A stretch of DNA of 64,000 nucleotides from Eledone cirrhosa (lineage: Eukaryota). The notes beneath the pieces are model-generated. The model did not search any database and was not told the DNA's origin. It saw only the letters and a program-made list of their open reading frames with translations. The stretch lies in assembly GCA_964016885.1 (NCBI GenBank), contig OZ024741.1:296236001-296300000 (forward strand), given 5' to 3'. The translations under genes and the position numbers were made by a program. Positions 42,406-55,712 of this stretch are shown here, piece after piece; within the stretch, counting starts at the first letter, position 1, and each line of letters starts with the position of its first letter.

Positions 42406-42640
42406 CGTGCGTGTGTCTGTGTGTGAATGTATGAGTGTGTAAAAGGGGGGAAGGGGGATGGTGTAAAAAACTATGCTCTCTGTAAGTGTATGTGTCTCCA
42501 AAGGAGAATGAACTAGTAAGTACATAATTATCATCATCATCGTCATCATCATCATTGTCATCCTCATTGCTATCAACATCATCATATCCTCCTCCTCCTC
42601 CTCCTCCTCCTCCTCATCCTCCTCCTCCTCCTCCTCCTCC

Positions 42641-42684
<44 letters not shown>

Positions 42685-42934
42685 GTCATCATCATTGTCT
42701 TAAGATTCTGTTAAGGGACAGTATGTCACCGGGAACGCAGTGTGGAAATATGGAGCTAGGGTGACCCCGTATGGCAATGGGAAGATAGTGTGGGAAAATA
42801 TGGCACTTTGAAGTTATGATGCCGCACTATGGCACTACGGAGCTAGGGTGGCACTCTATGGAACTGGCAAGATTCAGTGACACAGTATGGACATGTGGAG
42901 CTAGGGTGAACATCCTATGGCAATGGGGCACAAG

Positions 42935-43170
42935 TCCAGGCAAGGTTGTTTGTGGAAGACCAGCAGTCACCTATGCATACCTGTCTGCCCTCTCCACGCC
43001 ATCGATGTTGTGCACGGGAAAGGCAATGGCCGATACAGCTTGGCACAACTGACGTGGCAACTCATTTCTACAGCTGAGTGAACTGATGCAACGGGAAATA
43101 AAGCATCTTGCTCAAGAACACAACGCAATGCCCGGTCCGAGAATCGAACTGACAACCTCACGATTGTAAG
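42935..43170 (-). mobile_element. SINE family 1-related
   Basis: Reverse complement has GTTCGATTCTCGGACCGGGCATTGCGTTGTGTTCTTGAGCAAGA. Confidence 0.7.
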
Positions 43171-43294
43171 TGGTAATGGAAATCATGCTAACGAACGCCA
43201 TTTACCTGAATTTTGTAATAAATAAAATTATGTCAACGAATGATTTCCAGGCAAGGATATCAAATGAAAAACTAAGGTACCGACATCGAACTAC

Positions 43295-43390
<96 letters not shown>

Positions 43391-43660
43391 GTGCGTGCGT
43401 GCGTATGTGTGTGTGAGCCTTCGAATTGTTTCCTCATACCTTTCGTAAAAGAGTAAATTTTTTTAATGAAATTTTCCAGAGATACCTTTGCCATGATGTA
43501 GATTACGCTTGTAGCGATGAAATGATGAAACACACACACACACACATACACACGCGCACACGCGCACATACACACGCGCACACACACACAACATATTTTA
43601 ACTTATTTTTTTAAATACTTTCCTTATTGTATAGTTCCGCTCCTTAATGCTTTCATTTAA

Positions 43661-43862
43661 TTGTTTCTACTTTGTTTATTATAATTGTTTCTACTTTTGG
43701 CACAAGGCCAGTACATTACTGGTACTTTATTTTATCGACCCCGTAAGGATGAAAGGCAAAGTTAACCTCGTCGGGATTTGAACTCAGAATGGCAAGGGCC
43801 GTAACTCTATGCGTCAAAGCATGGCGTCCGACCTTCTACCGATACTGCCAATCCACCGCCCT
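43661..43862 (-). mobile_element. SINE family 2 with target-site duplication
   Basis: Full-length reverse copy flanked by ATGCTTTCATTTAA at 43647-43660 and 43863-43876. Confidence 0.85.
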
Positions 43863-43875
43863 ATGCTTTCATTTA

Positions 43876-44162
43876 ATAGGAGAAAATATGTGTTGACGAA
43901 CACTCATTTCATGTGTAATAGAGTGAACTCTATAGATGGTAAACACAGCCACAAGGATATGGTCCGAACGTGGAGGAGACGAACTCCCACTGTCATCGCC
44001 TCCATCTCTCTCGCCCTCCCCATCTCTTTGTATGGTGAGCAAATGGGGTCCCACGTGCTGGCCTCCCCACAGCCCCGGCGGACAGAATGGAGAAGGCATT
44101 CCCCCAGAGGATGGTAAGGAAGATGCGCTGGAAGAGCCATTCCAACTCTCGAGGCTCACACC
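43876..44162 (-). mobile_element. CRE-like LINE 3' fragment
   Basis: EPRELEWLFQRIFLTILWGNAFSILS resembles the CRE C-terminal R.E..L.QR......RGNA motif; flanked by TGCTTTCATTTA (43864 and 44163). Confidence 0.5.
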
Positions 44163-44554
44163 TGCTTTCATTTATTGAATACTTTCAATTTCTCTTCGTA
44201 GTAGACTACGTAAATTCTCAATTCTTTTCGTCATGGCTTCCATTTTCCAATCAGGATAAAGTCACAGGTTTTTCTATGAATATGTAATGTAATGTAATGT
44301 GATTTTTACAGCTATGACTTGCAAAATAAAAAATAAAATTTCATGGGTATAGTTGGAATTTAGACGTTCAAAAGTATATCCCTGTAAAATTTCATTTAAA
44401 AATGTATTTTATTGATGCGGGTTTTATTAATTTTTAAAGGAATTGCTTACGTGTAGAGGCTGGCCGAATAGATTGAAGGTCTTGAATGAATTGCCCCTAA
44501 AGACATATTTCAATTGATTGTAATAACGAATTCCATTCGTTACCAAATTCTCCA

Positions 44555-44679
44555 AAGACCTCGACGACAGAGCTCGTCGTCGGAGTCTTGAATATTTTCC
44601 TATTACCCACTCTACTACCCTAAGTATTGAGTACTCTGGTGCGCTATGGTCCACCTGGTTCCTTACCACACTTCCTTCG

Positions 44680-44682
<3 letters not shown>
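44555..44682 (+). mobile_element. PLE family B pLTR 3' fragment
   Basis: ttcctattacccactctactaccctaagtattgagtactctgg...cttccttcgtt followed by (TA)n; the 5' side is a short hairpin gacgacagagctcgtc. Confidence 0.75.
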
Positions 44683-44715
<33 letters not shown>

Positions 44716-44744
44716 GCGCGCGCACGCACACATATATATCGGGT

Positions 44745-45260
44745 TTCTTTACCATACAGCCATGCCTATCTTCTTCGTAGCCGCCACCACGAGGGTTGTA
44801 GTGACAGTGTCCTCAGAAGCTTTCCAGAGGGTCCTATCGGAAACAATCGTCTACAAATATTACGGATAGATCCCCAAGTGACACCAACCGAGCTTATGGA
44901 TGTTATCCAACCATCTTGTTCGTGGTGTACACCAGGGTCTCTTGCCGGTTGGCTTTGCTAATAAAATATGTTGTTCTGCTGGAGAACAAGTCACAGGTAG
45001 CGGATAGCCATGCCTTCACCTGATATGGTGATTAGTGGTGATATACATAAGTAGGCTCCTGCTGGACGAATAAGCAACCCTGGACAAAACAGCGGTAAGA
45101 TAGTCGGGGAGATGGAGCAATAGAAGTACAGTGAGCTGTTGTGCTCTCAAGAAAGTTCTCACTACCCAGCACGAATAAGATACAAAAAGACTGCAGAAAT
45201 TGAATAAAAACAGCCACACTTATATTTGGTATTTTTTAAGTGCAATCGTTCGGATCAGTT
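44745..45260 (-). mobile_element. bipartite non-autonomous RTE derivative
   Basis: 44745-44975 resembles the RTE 3' coding end (KPTGKRPW...WLDNIH). 44985-45260 is a non-coding module also present at 46310-46563. Confidence 0.55.
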
Positions 45261-45959
45261 TTATTAGAAGACAATATTCGTTTGTCACGAGGAACACATC
45301 TAATTTATTTACCTTATTTATAATGTTGGTAAGTAGATAAGAGATGTTTGAAGAGTGTGAGTACTAGAATGTTTAAAGGGCACTTCTATTAGTGTAATAC
45401 TGTTTAATGACTTCACAAGATAAACATACACATCAGTTATGGCTGCTATTTATATATATATAAGAGATTCTATATTTGGTAACAGTTTCTAATTCGGATT
45501 GTTTGTTGATAATTCTCTATTTAGATTCTTCTAATTATGTTCTTGCGCATTGATTTCAGTGTTGTTGCTGTCGTTGTCGTTGTTGCTGCTGTTGTTGTTG
45601 TCATTGTTGTGGTTGTTGTCCTTGTCGTTGTTGTTGGTGTTGTTGTTGTCGTTGTTGTCATCGTGGTTGTTGTTGTTGCTGTTGTTATTGTGGTTGTAGT
45701 TGTTATTGTTATTATTGTCGGCGCTGTTGCTATTGTCCGCGTGGTTGTCGTTGTTGCCGTGGCTGTCGCTGTTGTTGTGGTTGTCGTTGTTATTGCAGTT
45801 GTTATTGTTGTTGTTGCTGCTGTTGTCGTCGCTGTTGTTGCTGTTGTTGCAGTTGTTATTATTTCGACGTTGTTGTTACTGTTGTTATTGCTGTTGTTGT
45901 TATTGTTGTTATTACTGTTGCTGTTGTTATTGCTGTTGCTGCTGTTTTTGTTACAGCCA

Positions 45960-46930
45960 GCTACAGTAAGAAATGGGACAAGACCCGGTAGGTCTCAGTT
46001 GACTTGGACAGCAAATATCACTTTCCTCTTTTTCCCGCCAAGAGACCCGACTAGGTCTCGTGATACAAGGAAATGAAGGTGGTAAAGATGGTGGAACTTA
46101 CTGCTTCTTGTGAGGTGAACATCAAGGATGCATTCAACAGGAAGGCCAAGAAGTACAGTGAGCTGGTTTAACTATGTGAAACCTGCAGATGGGTGACATC
46201 AAGTTTCCCTGTAGAGGTAGGTGTCAGAGGATTTGTTGGAACTAGGGTTGACTAATTGCTCAGGGGCCTTGGAGTGGCGGCAAAGGAAAGGAAACATGAT
46301 TGTTATTCTGCTAGAGAACGAGTCACAGGTAGCGGATAGCCATGAGACCACCAGATATGGTGGTTAGTGGTGCTATAAGTAGGACGAATAAGCAACCCTG
46401 GACAAAAAAAAAGCGGTAAGCTAGTCGGGGAAATGGAGCAATAGGTGACACTGTTGTGCTTTCAGGAAAGTTCTCACAGCCCAGCGCGAATAAGACACGA
46501 AACGACTGCAGAAATTGAATAAAAACAACCAACACTTGGCACTTTTGAAGTGCAATCGTTCGGGGGCATTATCGGAGGCAGTAGAGGAAGTGAATGACTC
46601 CATCTGGCTTAAAAGAGAAAATGAATGGTGCGCTTGACACATTGAGGTGGACGGAGACGTCTCGGTTGGAGTCACAACACCAGGCACATAAAATGTCATG
46701 CCCCTCCGATGTGTTGACGTGGACGGAGTCACAACATCAGACTCGCCTAAGATTGTGTTGTTGTGTGGGAGTGTTGTCACCTATATCGGTGGGTGGCCTT
46801 GAGTAGCTCTGGTGTCACAGAGGAAGGAGCCTAAACACCTATACAGTTACTTCACCACCTGATGAGACATTTGCGCCTACATTCGGAGATGGAGTATAGT
46901 AGCATCCTCAGCACAGATCTGTGTTTACCA
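45960..46930 (+). mobile_element. HERO/R2-group LINE 3' fragment (restriction-like endonuclease), interrupted
   Basis: VVKMVELTASCEVNIKDAFNRKAKKYSELV...FPVEVGVRGFVG, resuming after the 46310-46563 insertion as SEAVEEVNDSIWLKRENEW. Confidence 0.7.
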
Positions 46931-47387
46931 AATATATATATATATATATATATATATTAGCAGTGGATCCCGGCGTTGCACGGGTAAGAACATTGGTAAT
47001 AGCACCTCCAATGAGAAACGTTTATTTGTGAGTGCCTGTTAAAAACTCACGAACTGGACATGCTCACCGACATCCAGAGTTGACACTGCACACATTGCTC
47101 CTGTGGGACCCTGCATGGACATACTGGAAGAGGAAGACCGAAGTTAACATATGTTGATGCCCTAAGGACTGACACTGGTCTGTTGGAGACGCAGGACATA
47201 GCAACGATAATGAGGGACAGAGACCGCTGGAGAGAACTCGTCCATGGATCTCGGGAATTTTACCCGCCCTAGATAGATAGATATATTTTTATGTGTATAT
47301 TTATATATATGTATATGTGTATATATATATATGTGGATATGTGTTTGTATATGTATGTATATCTATACATACATATAAAAGTGAAAT

Positions 47388-47432
<45 letters not shown>

Positions 47433-47442
47433 TCATTTTTGT

Positions 47443-47945
47443 ACCGTCAAGGAAGCACCAGAGATGTCGCAGCATCAGCGACGGCATGCCCAGCCCTCCA
47501 CGCAACGGGTGTTGACAGCAGATGGAGCGTCTGACCATGGGAGTACGCCCTTTCCATAAAAAGCGGAAGAGGAGGCGCTCCATTTTAGTCAGAGTTGGGC
47601 CGGGGCAAGGCACAACGGTTAGGCGGTAGCAGATGAAGGATGCGATGAACCCATTCACCACCTCTGCTCGACCTTTCAGGGACAGCTTCCTCTCGGCCCA
47701 TTTCTGGGTGAGAAATGCCACCCTGTTCGTCACCTCGCTCCAATTTTTCTCCATCTGGAGGTCCGGACCGAACCAGACCCCGAGCAATTTAACCGGTCCT
47801 TCCGTCCAGCGCCCCACGATGCTGTCGGGCGGCATGGACTTGCCTCTCCAGGTGCCGAGCTGCAAGCCCACCGACTTTTCCTGGTTTAACTTTGCTCCTG
47901 TCACTGCTTCATATTCCTTGAGAGTGGTGCCGAGCATCTGGACAT
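47443..47945 (-). pseudogene. Tx1-like ORF2 internal fragment
   Basis: Homologous to 31400-31920 (GAKLNQEKSVGLQLGTWRGK...RRSICCQHP). Confidence 0.9.
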
Positions 47946-48375
47946 TTCCGGCGCTTGACCGGGCCCGCTCTGATTATGCGCCTGTAGACTGAGGAGTGGA
48001 AAACTGAGAGAGGGCGCTTGCCCTGGTGTTCAGGGTGGCCGTGGTCTTTTGTGTGGTTTTCGCCACGAGTGATCCTCGGAAGTTTCCCCCCTATTTGGGA
48101 ATTTTTGAATTTTTTGATATTTCTATCTTCTTGTTATAACCTTTTTTACACGGACAAAACCCACGCTGAGAGAACTCGTCCATGGATCTCGAGAATTTTA
48201 TCCGCCCTAGATAGATAGATTTATTTTTATGTGTATATTTATATATAAGTATATGTATATATATATATATATGTGTGTGTATATGTGTTTGCATATGTAT
48301 GTATGTATATGTATGTATGTATATGTGTATATATGTGTATGTATATATGTGTGTGTATATGTATATATGTGTATA

Positions 48376-48422
<47 letters not shown>

Positions 48423-48427
<5 letters not shown>

Positions 48428-48608
48428 AACAAGTAAGACCCCGACGGCTGAGCTCAAGCCGTTTCGACGGCTAATTCAGAATTAGCCGTCGAAACGGCTT
48501 GAGCTCAGCCGTCGGGTCTTACTTGTTCCTATTACCCACTCTACTACCCTAAGTATTGAGTACTTTGGTGCGTTATGGTCCACCTGGTTCCTTACCACAT
48601 TTCCTTCG

Positions 48609-48610
<2 letters not shown>
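48423..48610 (+). mobile_element. fold-back PLE family B pLTR fragment
   Basis: Palindrome 48423-48532 centred on ctaattcagaattag, then the family tail; (TA)n on both sides. Confidence 0.8.
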
Positions 48611-48648
<38 letters not shown>

Positions 48649-48649
48649 G

Positions 48650-48706
<57 letters not shown>

Positions 48707-48784
48707 GTGGCGAAGATAATACATCAGCAATGACGTGTTGGTCATAAGGTCGTTATGCAGACAGCTAGGCATACAGACATATAT

Positions 48785-49000
48785 TATAAAGGCGCGACGG
48801 AGATCGATAACTCCCCGGCGCCTAACACCCCTTTAACAACAGAAAATTGAAAAATAAAAGCTGCAGTTAATATCTTTAGACCGCAAGGAATATAAAAATG
48901 CAAGTTTGAAGTCAATCGGAGTAGAAATTTGGATTTGTATAGACTTTGCAAAAATGAGGACACACACACATACACAGACAACTACAGTTTTATATATATA
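48785..49000 (-). mobile_element. non-autonomous Helitron-like element fragment
   Basis: Minus 5' end ATATATATAAAACTGTAGTTGTCTGTGT...GTCCTCATTTTTG, shared with 47373-47441 (plus). Confidence 0.45.
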
Positions 49001-49448
49001 TGAGTATCGCTATTAGCTTTCTCTGTTAATGTATTAAGTATTATACTCTTGGATGGCCTGACATGAAATTTCCAGATATTTAGGTATGACCGTCTTTATT
49101 TATTTTTTATATGAAATATTGATTGATTCTTCCTGTATCTCATGTCTGTTATTTTGCCTGAGAAAATATTTATATGAATACTTAAATAATACGTACATAT
49201 ATTTTTTTATTTTATTATCCAGTTGAGTTCTCAACACGTGGTTTGGATTCCTAACAGGGTTCAAAGACCTGCGTGTATATTATTTTATAATTTACGATAA
49301 CCTCGCCTTCCCATTTGGGGACAATGTGAGAATTTTTTTTTTGAAGGACTGCTGGACTTTCAAACTTAGCGGTTCTTCGAGCACTGACAGTGAATATCGC
49401 TGAATATTAATATCGATGTAGTTTTCTATATTGATATTGCCTGGGCAT

Positions 49449-49569
49449 TCCCCTGAAGAGTTATAAGAGCCCACTTGCAAGTAAATCTGTTGATCATATG
49501 CAAGCTTCTACATAACTTGGACTTTTTCTCCCACCTTGTAGAAATCTTATAACGAAACGATCGTATCGA
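49449..49569 (+). ncRNA. type I HHR with branched ~95-nt stem II (diverged copy, stem I damaged)
   Basis: CTGAAGA-gttataaga...tcttataac-GAAA-cgatcg-TA. Confidence 0.7.
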
Positions 49570-49800
49570 AAGTGAGATTTATTTAATTATGTCTCATATA
49601 AAATAATACAGCCAACTATCCACATAATCGTTTCTACTTTTAGGCACAAGGCCAGCAATTACCCAGTGCATATCCATATAATACAATATAGTTAGCACCC
49701 CAAACGTATAATTGGGATTGTACTAAGGTATATCCTAATGTTTGTTGAGTGAGACGGAAGCCGGTCGGAGTATTGCTTAAAGTTTTCTCTGTTAATGTAT

Positions 49801-49838
<38 letters not shown>

Positions 49839-49940
49839 GTGGTCGGAGTATCGCTAATAGCTTTCTCTGTTAATGTATTAAGTATATATATATATACTTA
49901 ATACATTAACAGAGAAAGCTATTAGCGATACTCCGACCAC

Positions 49941-50018
<78 letters not shown>

Positions 50019-50195
50019 ATACATTAACAGAGAAAACTTTAAGCAATACTCCGACCGGCTTCCGTCTCACTCAACAAACATTAGGATATACCTTAGTATA
50101 ATCCCAATTATACGTTTGGGGTGCTAACTATACGTATTTTGCGGATGGCCAGTTATATTATTTTATATGAGACATAATTAAAATACACCTCTCTT

Positions 50196-50317
50196 TCCAA
50201 ACGATCGTTTCATTATAAGTTTTCTACAAATTGGGAAAATAATGTCCAGGTTATGTAGAAGCCTACACATAGTCCGAAGGAATATATGTAGGTGGGCACT
50301 TATAAATCATCAGTGGA
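50196..50317 (-). ncRNA. type I HHR with branched ~95-nt stem II
   Basis: tcca-CTGATGA-tttataagt[cctacatat..atgtgtagg][ttctaca..tgtagaa]aacttataat-GAAA-cgatcg-TT-tgga. Confidence 0.8.
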
Positions 50318-50915
50318 TGCTCGACAAATATCGATATAAAAACAACCTTACCGCTATTAATGTTCAGCCATGGTACCCCTCCGTGCTAGAATGACCGCCA
50401 AATTTGAAATTCCAGCAGTCTCACTATGAGAAATCTCACACTGCCATCAAGCGGAAAGGGGAGGTTATCGCAAAACGTAAAAGAATAAAATAATATGCAC
50501 GCGGGTCAATTATTTTTTTCAATAATTTTAACCATGCGTGAAGAACTCAATTGGATATAAAAAATAAATATATGTATGTATTATTTATACACGCATATAG
50601 GTATTTTCTTAGGCTAAAAACAGAGATAAGATACCAGAAGAACAATCAATATTTCATACAAAGAATAAATACGGAAAGTCATACCTAAAAAGTATCTGGA
50701 AATATTCATCCCTGGCCAAATCAAGAGTATAATATTTAATACATTAACAGAGAAAACTTTAAGCAATACTCCGACCGGCTTCCGTCTCATTCAACAAACA
50801 TTAGGATATACCTTAGTATAATCCCAATTATACGTTTGGGGTGCTAACTATACGTATTTTGCGGATGGCCAGTTGTATTATTTTATATGAGACATAATTA
50901 AAATACATCTCTCTT

Positions 50916-51037
50916 TCCAAACGATCGTTTCATTATAAGTTTTCTACAAATTGGGAAAATAATGTCCAGGTTATGTAGAAGCCTACACATAGTCCGAAGG
51001 AATATATGTAGGTGGGCACTTATAAATCATCAGTGGA
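50916..51037 (-). ncRNA. type I HHR with branched stem II (tandem copy)
   Basis: Identical to 50196-50317 at +720. Confidence 0.8.
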
Positions 51038-51089
51038 TGCTCGACAAATATCGATATAAAAACAACCTTACCTATATATATATGTATAC

Positions 51090-51124
<35 letters not shown>

Positions 51125-51149
51125 TATATGTATACATGTATATATATAT

Positions 51150-51248
<99 letters not shown>

Positions 51249-51311
51249 TATGTGTGTGTGCGTGCGCGTGCGTGAGTGTGCGTGCATATGTGTGTGTGTT
51301 AGTGAGTGTGC

Positions 51312-51354
<43 letters not shown>

Positions 51355-51761
51355 CGCGTGAATAAGTAAGTGGTGTGTGAAATATTAAGTAGGTATCAAG
51401 TGGCAGTGGCTGGATGAATAGAGGTATTTATAAGGACAATGAACTAAAACGGGGTATGTGTTGTAGCTTTATAAGAGGCAGGCGCCAGCACTTGACATGG
51501 TTGACATTAATAGTTATAAAGTAACACGGCGTTACTTCTTGGCAATAATGATCAGTGTGATATTTTGTTTTATTTATTTTATATATATATTTTTAATATT
51601 TACTTCGTATGTTTGAAAGAAGGGGCAGTTTCTAAGGTTCTAAGGCCTTCTTCACTGACCGAACAGGTTGTAGTAGTGTGGTTTGTGTATGAGATGTACG
51701 GCGTGGTTTGAAGCTCATATGGTTATGTGGTTTGTAATCAATATGGTGCATTTAATTTGTA

Positions 51762-52090
51762 AAGGCGCGAGGTTTAATAGTTACGGTGTTCGACTCTCGA
51801 TTGTAAGTTTGTGAGTTCGATTCCCAGTAACGCGTTGTGTCCTCGAACAAAGCACTTACTTTCACGTTTCTTCAGTATACTCAGCTGACAGAAAATGAAT
51901 TGAACCTGTATAATTCAAAGAGCCAGCCTTGTCACAACCTGTGTCATGTTGAATCTCCCTTAGAACTCTATTATGGATACAAGTGTCTCTGGAATGCTCA
52001 GTCACTTGCACGTTAATTTCATGAGTAGGCTGTTCTCTGACCAAGCAGCTGGAACATGCATCGCCGTAACCGACGGAACTCCAACACACG
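51762..52090 (+). mobile_element. SINE family 1-related, long form
   Basis: GAGTTCGATTCCC B-box and GCGTTGTGTCCTCGAACAAAGCACTT; a 5'-truncated relative lies at 52780-53035. Confidence 0.75.
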
Positions 52091-53267
52091 TACACACACA
52101 GATTTAATCTGTCGCTTGGTTTAAACTTTTCGATACCAAACTACCTGAAACCGATCCTTACTCTACGATACAAAACTTTTAAACTGTTCATATTTATCTA
52201 AAAAAAGAAAAGAACTTTCCTACAAGAACCTTTGCTAAGTTATGTTCCAAACACTAGTTTAATAATGAGAAAGTTAGTTATATTAATAATTTCCTCAAAA
52301 TCCTTGGCTATCTTCAAAATTATTTGAAAATCATAGGCAGTGTCTTTCATTAGAACTATGGTAACGAAAGGGTTAGCATCCTCCCCTAGCTTGTATGTGC
52401 TTTTAGCTGAGTGCGTTCTGTTACAAACATTTGGGCAAGGTCTCCAATTGAAGGAGAATTTCCTGTTTTACTTCTCTTTCCCTTCAGTTTCGGAAGCTCT
52501 GAAAATATCACACATGGCCTGAATAATGGATAATACAAAATCCCTTGTTTTTTTTTTCTATGTACAGTGAACTCAACGCCACGACAAGGTAAGCTGAAGA
52601 CGTGAAGACGTTCTGTCGCCTTTATATCATTGTGCCTGTCACAAGAAATGCACATTGGTGGCAGATCACACAATAAAATGTCTGAAAACCTTCTGCCGCC
52701 TTCACACCATAGTTGCAGACGACAAGTTAATAAATAACTGAATACATTCTGTTTACTTTACGTCGTCGATTTCCAGTGGAGCATTGTGTCCTTAAGTAAG
52801 ACACTTCATTTCATGCTACTCCAGTTCATTCAGCTGGCAAAAATGAATTGTACTTGTAATTCAAAGGGCCAGCCATGTCACACAATGTGTCACGCCGAAT
52901 CTCCCTGAGAACTACGTTAAGGGTGGACGTGTCTGTGGAATGTCCAGCTACTTGCAGGTTAATGTTATGAGCAGGCTGTTCCGTTGGTCAAGTAACAGGA
53001 ACACTCGTCGTCGGAACCGAACTAGATCCAACAACAATAACTTTACACTATCGCTGCAGTCAACAAGATAAAATGAATATACTCTCGGGTTTCGAATAAT
53101 CTTCCTCATCCTCTCTTTCTTATTCCAATCCCACCACTTAAAAATTTTGCAAATCTATCTCCGGCAAAATTTTATTTTAAGTGGTAGCACTCCCGCGACA
53201 ATTAATTTTTTTATACATTAAAAAATATTAATATGACAAAAAAAAAATCATTACAAGAAATCTCATA

Positions 53268-53700
53268 CGTTACCTATGGTCATGAATCTTGGGTAATGAC
53301 CGAAAGAATACGCAAATACAAGCGACCAAAATGGGATTCTTCCGAAGGGTCTTTGGAGTAACGCTACTCGATAGAGTGCGAGACTTGAAGATCAGTAAGT
53401 AACTCCGGGTAGAGCCACTACTTTTCCAAATTGAGAAATCACAGCTCTGATACTATGGGCATGTGGTTAGAATGTCTCAGGAAAGAATAGCTGGGCAGAT
53501 TTTATGAACAAAACCAACCGGCAAGAAACCCAGGGGTAGACCTCGAGCAAGATTGTTGGATAACATCCATGAGCTTGGCTGGTCACGCTTGGGGATCCAG
53601 CCGGATCAGTTGGAGACAGTTGCTTCTGACAGGACCCGCTGGAAGGAGAATTTGAGGACTCTGCCCTCGTGACCCTCTCAAGAATAAGTGGGCGAAGAAG
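53268..53700 (+). pseudogene. RTE (Expander-like) LINE 3' fragment
   Basis: TYGHESWVMTERIR...MGFFRRVFGVTLLDRVR...YYGHVVRMSQER...KPRGRPR. Confidence 0.8.
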
Positions 53701-55103
53701 AAGGTTGAGGTCTCAATATGTAAACTAAACGACTAAATCTGGTTTTAAAAACAAGAACAATGGAAACAACCTAGAAAAAAAAACGATTTTCCAACACCCT
53801 GGTTATTCCAACTTCTCCGCTTATTCCATCACCCCGCCTATTCTCACCCCCACCCACCCCACCAGCCTATTATTTGGGACCTGAGAGTTAGACATTCTGT
53901 CTACATAATACTACCGCCATTTGCAGACGACAAAACAACAACAACAAAAATAAATGAAGACGTCATGTCTCTTGTAATATCGTAGCAATTGAAAAGAAAT
54001 GACAGAAGACCTTCTGTCGCCTTTGCATCATCGTGAAAGCCCATAACAAAAAAAAAGCAAGATGGCTGAAAAGTTTTGGTTGTCTTTACAACATGGCAGA
54101 CGACAAAAGTAACAAATAACAAAATAACGAATGGAAAAAAAAGGAAAAAGCTGAAAACAAAACAGTAAAAAAAAACATTGAACAAATTGTGGAGGGAGGG
54201 GACCAAGATAACTTTCAGGATGTAATGGCGACATCAACAACAATAACTACACCAACAACAACAATAACTACAACAACAACAACAATAACTACATCAACAA
54301 CAGCAATAGCAATATCTATATCAACAACAACAATATCTATATCAACAAGAACACCAACAACGGATGACAATAACAGAAACAACAATAACAAGAACGATGA
54401 CTAGAACCACTATCACCACCACCACCACCACCACCTCAACCACCACCACAACCATCACCACTACCACCACCACAATCACCACCACCACTACCATCACCAG
54501 CACCAATGCCATCATCACTACCACCACAATCACCATCATCACCACAACCATCACCACCACCACCACCATCACCACCATCAACACCACCATCACTACCACC
54601 ACCACCACAATCACCACCACCAACAACAACAACACCATCACCCCCACCATCACCACCACCACCATCACCACTACCACCACCAAACACAACAAAGGCAGCA
54701 ATAACAAATCCACAACGAGGATAAGAAAAACGCCTAGAGGTACAATAACAACAACAAGAACAACAAAAACAACAAAAACAACAAAAACAACAACAACAAT
54801 ACAATTAATGTTAAGTGTGAAAAGGATGAGGGTGAGGGGAGTGGTTATAGTAACACTAAACAGTTCTTATATTTCTACACATCAACAGTGTCTTTGTTAT
54901 AATTGTAGTTAACTTGCCTTGTTAACTATCTGATAGTGTCGCCGACAATTCACCGTTTCCGCTGAACCTCTCTTCTCTTCATATCCGGTCGAGCTATTGT
55001 CTATACTAGAGAATCGGTGCCTACATTCTCTTCTGTCTGCGTCTCTCTCTCTCTCTCTCTGCGTGGGCGCGCATCTACACACATACACACATACACACAC
55101 ACA

Positions 55104-55158
<55 letters not shown>

Positions 55159-55164
55159 AATACT

Positions 55165-55630
55165 TCTTTTTCGCCCACATATTCCTGGGAAGGTCGAGAG
55201 AGCAGAGTCCTCAAGCACTCCTTCCAATTGATCTGGCTGATTCTCCAAACGAGACCAGTCGATCTCATGGATGTTATCCAACCATCTTGATCGGGGTCTA
55301 CTCCCTTGATCTCATGCCAGTTGGTTTTTACTCATAAAATCTGTCCAGTGATTCTTTCTTGAAATATTCTAAACACATGTCCGAAGTATCGGAGCTGTGA
55401 TCTCTTAATTCGGAGAATTAGCGGCTCTACGTGGAGCAGCTCCCTGATCTCCGAGCTACGCATTCTATCGAGTAACATTGCTCCAAAGACCATTCGGAAG
55501 AACCCCATTTCGGCCACTTGTATTTGTACCCAAGATTCATCACCATAGGTAATGGTTGGCACAAATATCGAATTAAAGATAACGAGTTTGGCTTTTACAC
55601 TTACCTCCTTGTGGCACCATAAATGGTGTA
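55165..55630 (-). pseudogene. RTE LINE 3' fragment (same family as 53268)
   Basis: KAKLVIFNSIFVPTITYGDESW...AEMGFFR...QLRYFGHVFR. Confidence 0.8.
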
Positions 55631-55712
55631 GCACAATGAATGGTGCTACACTAATACATCAATTAATGTTGCCTAGACAAAATATATCGAAGGCCATGCT
55701 TATATATATATA

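Larger units (their letters stand above)
49002..51072. mobile_element. cluster of ~720-bp non-coding HHR repeats (retrozyme/pLTR-like)
   Basis: 50012-50352 is repeated at 50732-51072 (offset 720). A diverged inverted copy lies at 49002-49804 and a small palindrome at 49836-49943. All are bounded by (TA)n. Confidence 0.8.
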
